A stretch of 63,299 nucleotides of DNA, from the IMG/VR virus record IMGVR_UViG_3300009678_000063, positions 1 through 63,299 of that record; one strand, written 5' to 3'. The number at the start of each line of letters is the position of its first letter. Positions within the stretch are counted from its first letter, which is position 1. Made by a program: the position numbers and the translations under genes. Shown here in pieces: positions 27,076-36,923 of this stretch. The stretch comes from a virus. Taxonomy: Duplodnaviria; Caudoviricetes. The notes below the pieces were generated by a model that was not told the origin of the DNA, did no database searches, and saw only the letters and a list, made by a program, of their open reading frames with translations.

Positions 27076-27766
27076 CGCGTTCATCGACGAGACGTGGCGT
27101 CCTACCACGTTCGAGGGGGCCACACCGCTAAGCACCGTCTTCGTAGGCGATGGAGCGTTCATCTTCCCGGGAGCGGTCATCGGGCGCCCCCCGATGGGCG
27201 TGAAGTCCATGCGCATACAGCCGAGCGCTAGGTACTCTGATGTCACCATCGGTCGCGGTTCCGTTATCGGCGCTAACGTCGTCATCTACGCCGGTGTGGA
27301 CATCGGCGACAGGGTACTCATCGGCGATGGGGTCACCATCCGCGAAGACACCGTAATCGCTGACGATGCCGTTATCGGCAGCAACTCTACCATTCAGAAT
27401 GACGTCAGCATCGGCGAGAGGTCTCGGATTGCGGACTTGAGCCACGTCACGGCGGGCGTCGTCATCGGCGACGATGTCTTCTGGTCCGTCGGAGTACTGT
27501 CCATGAACGACAACTCCATGAGCGTCAAGGGCGACCTTGAGCCCCCATCAGTCGGCAACAGCGCCAAGATAGGCGGCGGCGCACTACTCCTGCCCGGGGT
27601 TAGCATCGGCGCTGACTCAACCGTAGCGGCCGGCTCCGTGGTTACCCACGACGTACCCAATGGTGAGAGAGTACGCGGCATTCCCGCTAAGTCATGGCCC
27701 AAGGAGGTAGGGTTGTCCGCTAGGGCAGCGGCCGAGGACTACCACCGGTACCTCGAAGAGGTCTGA
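27068..27766 (+). CDS. Left-handed beta-helix (hexapeptide) acetyltransferase, sugar N-acetyltransferase-like
   Basis: Many [IV]G hexapeptide repeats; AGSVVTHDVP...GIPAK. Confidence 0.88.
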   Translation: MGNAFIDETWRPTTFEGATPLSTVFVGDGAFIFPGAVIGRPPMGVKSMRIQPSARYSDVTIGRGSVIGANVVIYAGVDIGDRVLIGDGVTIREDTVIADDAVIGSNSTIQNDVSIGERSRIADLSHVTAGVVIGDDVFWSVGVLSMNDNSMSVKGDLEPPSVGNSAKIGGGALLLPGVSIGADSTVAAGSVVTHDVPNGERVRGIPAKSWPKEVGLSARAAAEDYHRYLEEV

Positions 27767-28404
27767 TGGAGCCCGGTATCTCCGTTCACTTCATGGTGAA
27801 GGACCCGCCACTGGACCGTATGGCGGCCCTTGTCGCGCTATTGCGGCCCATTGTTAGCGAGTTCGTTATCGTGGACACCGGCTCACCCCAGTCGTCCATC
27901 GACACGATGGCCTCGTGGTCTAAGCCTGAGAACGTCCCGGTCACCGTCATTTCGGAGTACTTTGAGGACTTCTCCACCACCCGCAACAAGGGTCTAGCCC
28001 TGCACAAGCACGAGTGGACACTGGGCATAGACCCCGACGAGATTCCATCGCTCGCTATGTTGCAGCATATCGTGTACGTCACGAGCCCTGAGGGCGTGAA
28101 GTACACGCCAGAGGCGAACGGTTGGACATACTTCACCTACAACTGGTGGGCCGGCGTGCTCGGCCCTGAGATGGGCTATCACTGGCACACACGCCTCTGG
28201 AAGACGGAGGGTAGTTACCTGTACCGTCCCATTCACGAACTCGTAGTCGTCTGCGGGGAGCCTGAGTTGACCATCCGGAATCAGAACAAGTTGCCGCAGG
28301 CGCCTAAGAGCGCCTACCTCATCCATAGCAAGGGGGCGGACGACATCGTCAAGGCTGACGAACTCTACGACCGCATGGACGCCGTACAAGGAGCCAGTAG
28401 GTGA
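27766..28404 (+). CDS. Glycosyltransferase family 2
   Basis: IVDTGS, DFS..RN, IDPDE (DxD), IHE. Confidence 0.8.
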   Translation: MEPGISVHFMVKDPPLDRMAALVALLRPIVSEFVIVDTGSPQSSIDTMASWSKPENVPVTVISEYFEDFSTTRNKGLALHKHEWTLGIDPDEIPSLAMLQHIVYVTSPEGVKYTPEANGWTYFTYNWWAGVLGPEMGYHWHTRLWKTEGSYLYRPIHELVVVCGEPELTIRNQNKLPQAPKSAYLIHSKGADDIVKADELYDRMDAVQGASR

Positions 28405-28787
28405 CAGAGACATTGCCGACCTCGGCGAAGGGCGTTGTATGCGTTGACTTCGATGGGACATTGAGGCCATGGGGCGGGCTATTCGACGACCCTGACCCGC
28501 TTCCCGGGGCTAAGGGGTTCATGGATAAGTTGCGGGAACGCGACTTCCAGATAGTCGTGTTCACGTCGCGCCTGTCACCGCAGTGGCATAGGGATGAGGA
28601 GCGTGTCCCGGCCATCGGGGCATACGAACAGTTGGACTACATCGAGTGGTGGCTCAATCGGCACGGGATTCCGTTCGACGACATCACGGCCGAGAAGGTT
28701 CCGGCCGAGGCCTACATCGACGATAGGGCCTTCCGGTTTGAGAACTGGGAAGCAACGTCGAAAGAGTTCTTCGGGGAGACTCCATGA
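28401..28787 (+). CDS. HAD-superfamily phosphatase
   Basis: DFDGTL, FTSR, YIDDRA. Confidence 0.8.
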   Translation: MTETLPTSAKGVVCVDFDGTLRPWGGLFDDPDPLPGAKGFMDKLRERDFQIVVFTSRLSPQWHRDEERVPAIGAYEQLDYIEWWLNRHGIPFDDITAEKVPAEAYIDDRAFRFENWEATSKEFFGETP

Positions 28788-29359
28788 GAAACGTCGCACT
28801 GGTTGGTGGATTCGGGTCCGGCAAGACCACGGCCGCGGACCTACTAGAGAAGGTGTACGGATACACCCGAGTGAGCCTCGCAAGGAACTTGAAGGACGTC
28901 GCGGCCGACGCCATCAATAGCGGTAGGCCAATCGAGAAGACATCGACCTACGGCGTGACGGACCTCTACGGAGCGGAGCGGAGAATCTCCGGCCGTCAGG
29001 TCCTACAGGAACTCGGCCAGTCCGTCAAGGCCCTTGACCGGAACCTGTGGGTACGTTGGCTCGTCTCGGACATCCGCTCCGGACGATACGGGCCCGGACC
29101 GTACGTCGTAGACGACTGCCGGTTCTACTACGAGGCCCTCGCCCTCTCGGGTGGTGTCCAGTTCCTCATTGGCCGGCTAGAGGTACCTGAGGAGGTCCGC
29201 GCAGAGCGGTACTACCGGACCTACGGTCTGCGACCTACCGCCGCGGAACTTTCTCACCCGTCCGAGACCGAAATGAACCTCATTGAGGCCGACTTCACGG
29301 TCAACGGGGAGATGTCGCCCGTAGACGTGGCCACTACTCTCGCTAGGCTACTGCAATGA
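28784..29359 (+). CDS. Deoxynucleoside monophosphate kinase
   Basis: GGFGSGKTT, R..LQ.LG, DCRF..E, HPSE. Confidence 0.85.
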   Translation: MRNVALVGGFGSGKTTAADLLEKVYGYTRVSLARNLKDVAADAINSGRPIEKTSTYGVTDLYGAERRISGRQVLQELGQSVKALDRNLWVRWLVSDIRSGRYGPGPYVVDDCRFYYEALALSGGVQFLIGRLEVPEEVRAERYYRTYGLRPTAAELSHPSETEMNLIEADFTVNGEMSPVDVATTLARLLQ

Positions 29360-29496
29360 TTCTCCCAATCGACAGCACGACCGCGCTTATGCTGCTCGTG
29401 CTAGACATACTGGTCCTACTGGCTGTTCTGTTCTGGCCCGACGACCCGCCATCCATGGGCGGTGGCGGGGACCCGCCAGAGCCCGCCACGTAGCAC

Positions 29497-29538
29497 AAAA
29501 GAGCCCCACCCGGACGGACCGGAGTGGGGCTCTTCTTG
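29497..29538. terminator. Bidirectional terminator at the convergence point
   Basis: AAGAGCCCCAC...GTGGGGCTCTT stem flanked by A/T tracts. Confidence 0.75.
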
Positions 29539-29559
29539 TACAATGATGGGTTGGAAGTG

Positions 29560-29895
29560 TTACAATCCGCCCTCGATGTAACTGTCGATGCTGACGTAGT
29601 GCGTGATCTTCCTCGATCCCGCGATGCCGGTCCACTTGATGTGGTATGCGCCGGCGAGCGCTAGATTGAAGATGAGCCGGAAGCGGCCCTGAGAGTCGCG
29701 CGTCAGGGCGGCGTCGGTCAGGTACGTATACGTGACCGTAGCGCCGCTCGGCGGCTTGACCTCGGCGGTGACGGTGGTTGGGTCAACCAGCGTGCGCCCG
29801 GTCACGGAGTCTAGCGGGGGCGTAGTGTCCTCCGGATCGGTGAAGACGCACTTCACGGCCGGACTAGTACCCTTCGCGAGGCGATACTTAGCCAT
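29560..29895 (-). CDS. Virion Ig-like/BppU-like adaptor protein
   Basis: LVDPTTV...KPPSG...RDSQG.F...G.Y...W pattern. Confidence 0.55.
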   Translation of the reverse strand: MAKYRLAKGTSPAVKCVFTDPEDTTPPLDSVTGRTLVDPTTVTAEVKPPSGATVTYTYLTDAALTRDSQGRFRLIFNLALAGAYHIKWTGIAGSRKITHYVSIDSYIEGGL

Positions 29896-31738
29896 TGGGT
29901 GATACCTCTATTCTGGCCACGATGGTCGGTATGACGGTGTGTGCCGCTACGATGGTCGGGACGACGGTTGCGCTGGCCTTGAGGGCCATGACGGATTCAT
30001 TCGTAATCTCCGCGTCAGCGGTAAACGAGTTAGAGAAGGTCCGCTGGACGTAGGCGTCGGCGGTCAATGCCGATAGGACGGTCGCGCTAAGATGCGCGTC
30101 GGCCGTAAACGACCCGAGGACTACCTGCGCGAGGTACGCGTCCGCCGTAAACGATCCGAAGACGGTGCTCTGGATATGCGCATCAGCGGTGAAGGACCCC
30201 GGTAGGGTGGCCTGTAGGAACGCATCAGCGGTGAGCGAGCCCGCTACTGTCCCCTGTAGGTGGGCATCAGCGGTGAAGGACGCGGCAAGGGTCTGCTGGA
30301 CGTACGCATCCGCCGTAAGCGACTGCTCGAAGGTCCGTTGGATGTACGCATCGGCCGTAAACGACTGGCTGAATGTCCGCTGGATGTAGGCGTCGCCAGT
30401 GAATGAACCGGTGATGTCATTCCGTGCGATGTTTGCATCGGCAGTAAGGGTGCCCGCGATGTCGAGTCGGCTGATGTGGGCGTTGGCGGTAAACGACCCC
30501 TCGACCGTTGTGCTACCGCCAGCCGCAATCTCGGCATCCGCGGTAAACGAGCCACCGACGGTCGCCGATAGATGGGCGTCAGCCGTGAAGGAGCCGGCTA
30601 TCGTAGCCTGTAGATGGGCGTCGGCAGTAAACGAGCCGGGGATAGTCGCCTGTAGATGAGCGTCTGCCGTGAATGACTGCTCGAACGTATTCGCGATATA
30701 CGCGTCCGCAGTGAACGATCCGGGCTGATCGGACCTCTGGATATACGCGTCCGCGGTGACTGATCCCGGTATACCGTTTACAGCGATGTGGGCGTCGGCG
30801 GTTAGCGACCCCGCTATGTCGTTCCGCGAGATGTTCGCATCCGCGGTGAATGACCCGGCGGCAGTGACAGCGATGTACGAGTCAGCGGTAAACGAGCCGG
30901 GGATGTCGTTCTTCGCGATGTTGGAGTCGGCGGTGAACGAGCCGGCAATGTCATTCTTCGAGATGTGAGCATCGGCCGTAACAGAACCGGCGATGTCGTT
31001 CTTCGCGATGTTGGAGTCGGCGGTGAAGGACGCTTCGACGGTGGTGATCGCGGCCGGTCGGACGGCGATGAGAATAGAAGCGCCACGGGCGTTGGACGTG
31101 TCCATCGACCACGTGCCGGGGTCCTCACTAGAGGCGTTGAGTTGACGGAAGGCGACTGAGCCCTCTACGCCACCGACAGCGTCAGCGCTGATGCCGGAGT
31201 CGGCCTGATTACCGTAGTTTGTTGGTGCGGTGCCTATACCGGTGTACGAGCCGGTGGTCGCGTCCTCGCCCGACGCGCCGACGCTAATCCAGAGCGTGTC
31301 TTCCGCATCCCATCCGGTTGGATTGAGCGAACCGGAGTCGGGCGCCGTACCGACGGCCATCGTGCCCGCTTCCGGCGGGGTGGTGAGATGGGCACCGGGG
31401 ATAGAGAGTAGTATGAAGCACGAGTCGTTGGCGGAGGTATCCGCGGTGGTGACGGTGAACGTCCCCGTCTCAGTACCGTCGGAGAACTTATAGGCAAGAC
31501 CGATACCCATGGTCGCGGTGCCGGCCTGATCCTTGAACTCGGTGAAGCCGCCGCCCCACGCGCTGAACTCGGCGTTCGTCGAGTTGCCGTCGTAGAGGAT
31601 GACGATGGCAAGCAGCAAGTCGCCGTTGTTATTGGCGAGGGTCGTTAGGCTAGGTGAGGTATGGGTCCCGGCAGGGTTGGTGTTCAGGTTGAACAGAACA
31701 CGGTTGGCTGCGACTGTCGGGATCGTCGGGAACGACAC
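29888..31738 (-). CDS. Virion fibre protein with 24 SFTADA repeats
   Basis: Globular N-domain then 14-15-aa tandem repeats. Confidence 0.7.
   Translation of the reverse strand: MSFPTIPTVAANRVLFNLNTNPAGTHTSPSLTTLANNNGDLLLAIVILYDGNSTNAEFSAWGGGFTEFKDQAGTATMGIGLAYKFSDGTETGTFTVTTADTSANDSCFILLSIPGAHLTTPPEAGTMAVGTAPDSGSLNPTGWDAEDTLWISVGASGEDATTGSYTGIGTAPTNYGNQADSGISADAVGGVEGSVAFRQLNASSEDPGTWSMDTSNARGASILIAVRPAAITTVEASFTADSNIAKNDIAGSVTADAHISKNDIAGSFTADSNIAKNDIPGSFTADSYIAVTAAGSFTADANISRNDIAGSLTADAHIAVNGIPGSVTADAYIQRSDQPGSFTADAYIANTFEQSFTADAHLQATIPGSFTADAHLQATIAGSFTADAHLSATVGGSFTADAEIAAGGSTTVEGSFTANAHISRLDIAGTLTADANIARNDITGSFTGDAYIQRTFSQSFTADAYIQRTFEQSLTADAYVQQTLAASFTADAHLQGTVAGSLTADAFLQATLPGSFTADAHIQSTVFGSFTADAYLAQVVLGSFTADAHLSATVLSALTADAYVQRTFSNSFTADAEITNESVMALKASATVVPTIVAAHTVIPTIVARIEVSPNG
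30001..31050 (-). repeat. Coding tandem repeat S(F/L/V)TADA(H/Y/N)(I/L), 2 blocks of 12
   Basis: Counted from the translation. Confidence 0.85.
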
Positions 31739-31816
31739 TAGCGCACCGGCCTAACTATTCGATTGAGTTCACCGTTGAGTACAGACATTGAGTTGCCTTA
31801 GCCCTGTTGAGTCAGG

Positions 31817-32206
31817 TTAGCCCTTCGGGAAAAGGGCCTTCATGTGGAGGTCGGCCAGCCAACTATCATCTGAGGTACCGGACTCTATCGAGCCATTCGG
31901 TAGGACCCACGTCCAGTGGTGGACGGAGCCCTGCTTGTAGCCGATGCGGTATACCCGGAACTTACCGAGGTCCTCACCGCCAGCGAGCCCGATCTTCCCG
32001 TAGACCCGGGAGTTGAAGATTGGCTTGGCGCCCTTGGGAATGTTGACTACCACGATGGGCAGTCCGGGGTTGGTCTTCGGGAGAAGGCTCCACCGGACGA
32101 CGCGCGCTAGCATCGCCTTATCGGCCCAACCGGGGGCCTCAAGATCGAGGACCTTGGAGGTCCCGTCGTCCAGTAGAACTTCCGAGAAGTAAGCGTATTC
32201 TGACAT
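31817..32206 (-). CDS. Hypothetical protein
   Basis: 129-aa ORF. Confidence 0.6.
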   Translation of the reverse strand: MSEYAYFSEVLLDDGTSKVLDLEAPGWADKAMLARVVRWSLLPKTNPGLPIVVVNIPKGAKPIFNSRVYGKIGLAGGEDLGKFRVYRIGYKQGSVHHWTWVLPNGSIESGTSDDSWLADLHMKALFPKG

Positions 32207-32302
32207 TGACTTGTCACGTACCCCTATCCAGATACCCTCAGAGGGTTAGAAAGGCCTTCCTGCCCGTCTCACGGGCTCCTAGGCCTATTTGTGTGCCCTG
32301 TC

Positions 32303-32812
32303 CTAGACCTCGTCGTACGAGTAGTTCAGGGTTTCCTGCGTCCACGCGCCCGGCGAAGCCGATCCTGTGGGCTGCAACTGTAGCAGGGCCGCCTTGGTGA
32401 CGTGGTTCTGCGTCACGTACGACGCTGCGTCCCACGTGCCCTTTGCGCCAGACGTGTACGTGTACGCGTCCACGTCGCCGGTCATCGCGGTTGCGGTCGG
32501 GGTGGTGTCACCCGTGCCCGGAGTCGCGCCGCCGGTTCCGACCGCCAACTTCGCGCGGAGGTTGACGTTCGCCTGACCCGCACCATCAGTCCAGAACTTG
32601 AAGTTCGTGACGGACACTGCCGGTGATGTATCGACCTTGAGTCGCACGTGCTTCTCGAAGGACGCTGTACCCGCTACAACGGGGTTGTTCTGCCGAGTCG
32701 TCGCGTCGGTCGCCGCTGAGTCGGTGGACAGGAACGATATTCCCGTCTGTGCTGCCGACTCAGTGCCGGCGCTCGCACCGGTGTAGACGCGGGGCGTTAG
32801 TACTGCTGCCAT
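32303..32812 (-). CDS. Virion structural protein (fibre subunit candidate)
   Basis: T/A/G-rich beta-type sequence ending YSYDEV. Confidence 0.6.
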   Translation of the reverse strand: MAAVLTPRVYTGASAGTESAAQTGISFLSTDSAATDATTRQNNPVVAGTASFEKHVRLKVDTSPAVSVTNFKFWTDGAGQANVNLRAKLAVGTGGATPGTGDTTPTATAMTGDVDAYTYTSGAKGTWDAASYVTQNHVTKAALLQLQPTGSASPGAWTQETLNYSYDEV

Positions 32813-32814
32813 CC

Positions 32815-32976
32815 CTAGTCCTTTTCCTTACCCGTGCCCTCTGGCACGGCTGATTCGGTTCCATCGTTGGAACCGATTAGAGCGGCCGTCAAGGCCGCGA
32901 CCTCTTCACGCAGGGCATCGTTCTCTACTACGAGAACACCGATCTTGTGGAATAGGTCACTGACCTTGATTTCCAT
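32815..32976 (-). CDS. Small coiled-coil protein
   Basis: MEIKVSDL...IG.L.VEN. Confidence 0.45.
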   Translation of the reverse strand: MEIKVSDLFHKIGVLVVENDALREEVAALTAALIGSNDGTESAVPEGTGKEKD

Positions 32977-32978
32977 AG

Positions 32979-33170
32979 TTAGACCTCTTCGCCCCCGAAC
33001 CACGTTACGGCAACGCCCGCAATGAAGGCCAGAAGGGCCGGCTCGAACTCATTGGCCGCCATGCCGAATGGGGCCAGTTGTAGGCTCTCCGAAGCGACCA
33101 GCGCAGTTACGAACGCAACCACCGTGGCCACCGTGAGGGATATGCGTGAGAATGAGAAGTACTGCTTCAT
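32979..33170 (-). CDS. Holin-like membrane protein
   Basis: Two TM segments, AGGAGG RBS, near the endolysin. Confidence 0.6.
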   Translation of the reverse strand: MKQYFSFSRISLTVATVVAFVTALVASESLQLAPFGMAANEFEPALLAFIAGVAVTWFGGEEV

Positions 33171-33178
33171 GGTTCCTC

Positions 33179-33427
33179 CTAAGCAGGTAGATTGGTCGAT
33201 AGACGAGCAAGAAGATCAAAGGCCAACAACGCGAGACCTAGAATCAGGCCGACGGCGATGCGCCATTGAAATGATTGGATGTCCTCAAGGGCGGTCTCGA
33301 TCCTCGTGAACCGCTCGTCGAGTAGTTCGTCGGCCCGGCGACGGTAGTAGCCGCTCGTCTGTAGAGTACCGTAGTCCATCGGACCCCCTATACCGGTTAC
33401 GGGTGGGTCGTAACCCATGATTCCCAC
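33179..33427 (-). CDS. Membrane protein of the lysis cassette
   Basis: Coiled coil + C-terminal TM; start uncertain. Confidence 0.55.
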   Translation of the reverse strand: MGIMGYDPPVTGIGGPMDYGTLQTSGYYRRRADELLDERFTRIETALEDIQSFQWRIAVGLILGLALLAFDLLARLSTNLPA

Positions 33428-34233
33428 TTGGCTTCGTTAGCGGCGGTAGCATCCGCCTTGGCCTTGGCTACGGCCGCGTCCACCTGCGCCTGCGTGTAGC
33501 CAAACGACTCAATCGGCGAGAGGGCCGAAAGGGTCGAACTGTGCAGGTAGCCGAGCGTGTCGGGGGTGGAGTTAGCGTCCGCGGTATCCATGATGGCCGC
33601 GTACCACAGCGTAGAGCCGTTGACGGCCACACTGTTGACTGACGCTACCGGTAGGACCACCGCCCCGGCCGGGAGCGTAGCGAGGACCGTCGATGTCAGG
33701 GTCGGCTTGTCCCTGAACCGTGCTCCGGCAACGGCCGTAGCCTTCTTGTTACTGATGTGGCTTACCCACGTGCCTTGGATCATGTCCGCTCCATTCTGGT
33801 CTAGCAGTGGCCACAAGTCCTGAGCCACGTTGTTGAGTTTCGCGTCGGTGTGTAGGTGTGGTCCAGTGATGCCGTAGCCGGTGGCACCGAGGACACCGAT
33901 CTGTTGCCCGCGCGTAACGATGGCCCCTAGGGCCACGCTGAACGCCTGTAGGTGGGCGTATCCGGTGGACCAGCCGTCGGCGTGCGTGACCCGGATGATT
34001 AGGGCACCGTGCCCGATCAGTCCCGGCGTGTTCTGGATGTACCGGCTCGTGACCTTGCCAGCGGCCATGGAGTACACTGGGGCTCCGGTTTGCTTGTTGC
34101 CGATGTCAAGGGCGCAACCGACGCCCGCAGCAACATGCTCCTTGCAGCCGCGGTTGATCTTCATTTCGATGTTTCCGGTGGGCCTCACCCAATCCATCGG
34201 GTGAATGTAGCCGGGTACTGGATTAGCGAACAT
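33397..34233 (-). CDS. Endolysin, M23 peptidase + SH3-like domain
   Basis: ALDI...G.PVYS, YAHL, V.RGQ.IG..G.TG..TGPHLH. Confidence 0.85.
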   Translation of the reverse strand: MFANPVPGYIHPMDWVRPTGNIEMKINRGCKEHVAAGVGCALDIGNKQTGAPVYSMAAGKVTSRYIQNTPGLIGHGALIIRVTHADGWSTGYAHLQAFSVALGAIVTRGQQIGVLGATGYGITGPHLHTDAKLNNVAQDLWPLLDQNGADMIQGTWVSHISNKKATAVAGARFRDKPTLTSTVLATLPAGAVVLPVASVNSVAVNGSTLWYAAIMDTADANSTPDTLGYLHSSTLSALSPIESFGYTQAQVDAAVAKAKADATAANEAKWESWVTTHP

Positions 34234-34267
34234 TGTCTCTCCTGACTAGGCGAAGATGCCTAGAAGT

Positions 34268-35743
34268 TTATCCCAACAATCCAAGTGTACGCAGGTCGGC
34301 GATCAACGTTCCGACGCGTTGAGCCAACTCACCAAGCGTTACGGAGTCGCTGAAAGTGGCCCGGTCCACAGTCGTCGTCGGCGCGCCGTAGGTCGTTCGT
34401 GCCGCAGCGGAGTTCCCGAAGAACCCGAGTTTCGGTCCACTCTGACCGTCGATGATGATTCCGATTCGGAATGTCCCGCCGCTATCGAACTGCCCGATAC
34501 GGAAGATGCCGCTGCCGCCCGTGTCGTGGTCGATGAAACCACGCTGCCCGGTTTCAGGTCCGACCGTGAGCGACGCGTAGTTCGAACCGACGATCTTCAT
34601 GCCTGAAGTCGCATGGAAGTTATCGTCGGTCTTCAGAACATCGGCAGCCGAGCGGTACAGGGTCACATCGCCGCCGATGGTCATGCCAGCGCCCGAAGTA
34701 CCCGATACAATCTGAATCTGGTCCTTACCGCCTCCCGACTTGCCCGCTATGAAGGCGTCGTCGGTCTTGAGGGAATCCGCCGCCGAGCGGTACAGGTTGG
34801 TGTCAGCAGCACCGCTACCCGGACCTAGTTCTAGGCCGGTGATAGTCGCGTCTCCGGACAGGACTGCTCGCGCGACAGTGTCACCCGTAATCCAAACCTT
34901 TAGTCCAGCCCTTTGACCGGAGGGAGACTCGATAAGGACGCGACTCTCTGTCGCTGCCGGCGCGAGAACACGAAGAAGGCCCGAGGCTGAACTGTCAACG
35001 ATGGTGTTAGCACCAAACTGCAACTCACCGCTGACTATCCGGAGACTATCCCCACTCGCTAGGTCCAGACGATTCGCCGCACCACGACTAAGGACCGCGT
35101 CCCCGCCGAATACCAGTGCTGACGTAACCGGCAACGCGACAGTTATAGCGCCACCTGCACCGTCGTCAATCGTCAGAGTCTTGGTACCCGTTCGTGACAA
35201 CTTGATGTCGGGCGTCGAGCCGATGGTTACGTCAACGGGTGCGATAGTGTTGTCATCTGAGGCACTTGAGTGGTCGTGGGCCTGAGCGTGGTGCTGGTCA
35301 GCAGTAACGCCGGTCAGGGCCGAATGGGCCAGCGACACACCCGCCGCGGTTACGCGCGCCGTAGGCGGTGCGGTCCCGTCCCCAGTGAGGATGTCACCGG
35401 TGGCCATGTCGATTTCCACCTTGCGGTAGGCGGTGGTCGAATACCGCTCAGTGACCCACCGGTCTCCGCGGGCGTCCGTAGACACCATAACCTTGTCACC
35501 GATGGACAGTTTGTCCGTCAGCCGGACGCGGAATCCCTCAGAAGCATTCGTGTCCTCACCGTACAGGTAGACACTGGCGAGCATTCCGTTGCCGCTTAGG
35601 CCGGCCACCGTGCCCCATGTCTGCTCGACGCGAGCGCCGGAGCGGACATCCCGCTCGATGCGACCGTCGATGACGGTAACGATCCTCTGTGCGTATGAGT
35701 CGGCAAAGGGCTGCCGTCGGTTGGACTCGGTCTCATTGACCAT
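34268..35743 (-). CDS. Minor tail protein / tail fibre
   Basis: DTNLYRSAADSLKTDD repeats, G-rich, position. Confidence 0.7.
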   Translation of the reverse strand: MVNETESNRRQPFADSYAQRIVTVIDGRIERDVRSGARVEQTWGTVAGLSGNGMLASVYLYGEDTNASEGFRVRLTDKLSIGDKVMVSTDARGDRWVTERYSTTAYRKVEIDMATGDILTGDGTAPPTARVTAAGVSLAHSALTGVTADQHHAQAHDHSSASDDNTIAPVDVTIGSTPDIKLSRTGTKTLTIDDGAGGAITVALPVTSALVFGGDAVLSRGAANRLDLASGDSLRIVSGELQFGANTIVDSSASGLLRVLAPAATESRVLIESPSGQRAGLKVWITGDTVARAVLSGDATITGLELGPGSGAADTNLYRSAADSLKTDDAFIAGKSGGGKDQIQIVSGTSGAGMTIGGDVTLYRSAADVLKTDDNFHATSGMKIVGSNYASLTVGPETGQRGFIDHDTGGSGIFRIGQFDSGGTFRIGIIIDGQSGPKLGFFGNSAAARTTYGAPTTTVDRATFSDSVTLGELAQRVGTLIADLRTLGLLG

Positions 35744-36918
35744 TAGGAGGTCACCAGTTGGATGTTCGCCTGTAGGCGGAGGGTCTGCTTAGAGGTTGAC
35801 ATGGGTACCGTGAAGGCCTTGAGCCTGTAGGCGCCGGATAGTTTCGTGAACTCTGGCTCGGTGACGCGGATAACATCGTTGCCCTCGTAGGCCGGATTGC
35901 AGAGGACCTCTAGGGTGATGTCATCGCTCACGACCACGTTGTCGTAGAACAACTTCTGAGCGGCGGCATCCGCGGCCACTTGAGTTCCGATTGTGTCACT
36001 CTCGAACTTCAAGGTCCGCTCCCCGAGTCGGGTGATGTTCGTTTGCGACGTCGGGTCGGTGTTCCGCATCCGCGAGACGACCGTGAGGTCCTTGTTGGCG
36101 GTACCGACCACCAACACTGCATTGTACAGTTTCTCGTCCGTGAAGGCAGACTGCGCGGTAATGAGGTTATTGCTGTGGTCGGAGTCATACTCCCACACCA
36201 CCGACCGATCCTCCGGCGTATTGAAGTCCTGCGTCGTGAAGACGCCGAGCGGATCAAAGTACACGTCGATCCCGTACGACGTGCAGAGGCGACGGATTGC
36301 CTCTCCGCGGATGTCGCCCCGCTCAACGTAAAAGGCGGACCAGAGTTCCTTGCCGGTGGTTACGCGTTCCGTGAGCGGGTCTAGGTTGTATCGAGTAACC
36401 CCCGCCGCATCGGCGATGGCCTTGATGACCGTGTTGACCGGCGTGCCGGCCACCCACTTGAACGGTGCGGTGAACTGGGCCTTGGCTAGTTTCTTCCAGA
36501 GGTCCGACCCCGACAGGATGACGACGGACATGCCCCGCTCCGCGCTCACGTCCGCGTGGTCAATCATGAAGGTACCGATGGGCACGAGTTCTAGGCTGTC
36601 GCCGAAGTCAAGGCCGCGGTACAGGCGAATGAGTCTGTTGACGTAGAAGGTGCCGGCCCAGTCCGTCCCGGGTGAGTACCGTCCGTCCGGATTCAACAGG
36701 TTCGCGGTGAACGTCCTCCGTCCGGCACGGGTGACATCAACGTCAACGTTCCCGTCAATGATGAGGTCCTCGTCCTCGGCGAAGTGCGATCCGGGATCGC
36801 CGATGTCGTGGAACTCCTGAATGGTGTTGAAGTCCGTGTCGAGCACGTGCATGTGGGCCCGGAAGGTGTGGACCTCCTTGGCCAGTTCGTTCTTGAACCT
36901 ACCGGATATGGGCCACAT
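35743..36918 (-). CDS. Baseplate hub/Tal-like minor tail protein (DUF5047-like)
   Basis: G.V.VD.TR..RRT, VPIGTF, YFDPLG, YNAV.V.G. Confidence 0.75.
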   Translation of the reverse strand: MWPISGRFKNELAKEVHTFRAHMHVLDTDFNTIQEFHDIGDPGSHFAEDEDLIIDGNVDVDVTRAGRRTFTANLLNPDGRYSPGTDWAGTFYVNRLIRLYRGLDFGDSLELVPIGTFMIDHADVSAERGMSVVILSGSDLWKKLAKAQFTAPFKWVAGTPVNTVIKAIADAAGVTRYNLDPLTERVTTGKELWSAFYVERGDIRGEAIRRLCTSYGIDVYFDPLGVFTTQDFNTPEDRSVVWEYDSDHSNNLITAQSAFTDEKLYNAVLVVGTANKDLTVVSRMRNTDPTSQTNITRLGERTLKFESDTIGTQVAADAAAQKLFYDNVVVSDDITLEVLCNPAYEGNDVIRVTEPEFTKLSGAYRLKAFTVPMSTSKQTLRLQANIQLVTS

Positions 36919-36923
36919 CGGGC

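Noticed and set aside
16500-29400. Phage DNA polymerase or DNA methyltransferase
   Set aside because: No polymerase or MTase motifs recognised; only stand-alone exonucleases
30001-31050. Diversity-generating retroelement or CRISPR-like DNA repeat
   Set aside because: Repeats are degenerate at synonymous positions (protein-level) and no reverse transcriptase is present
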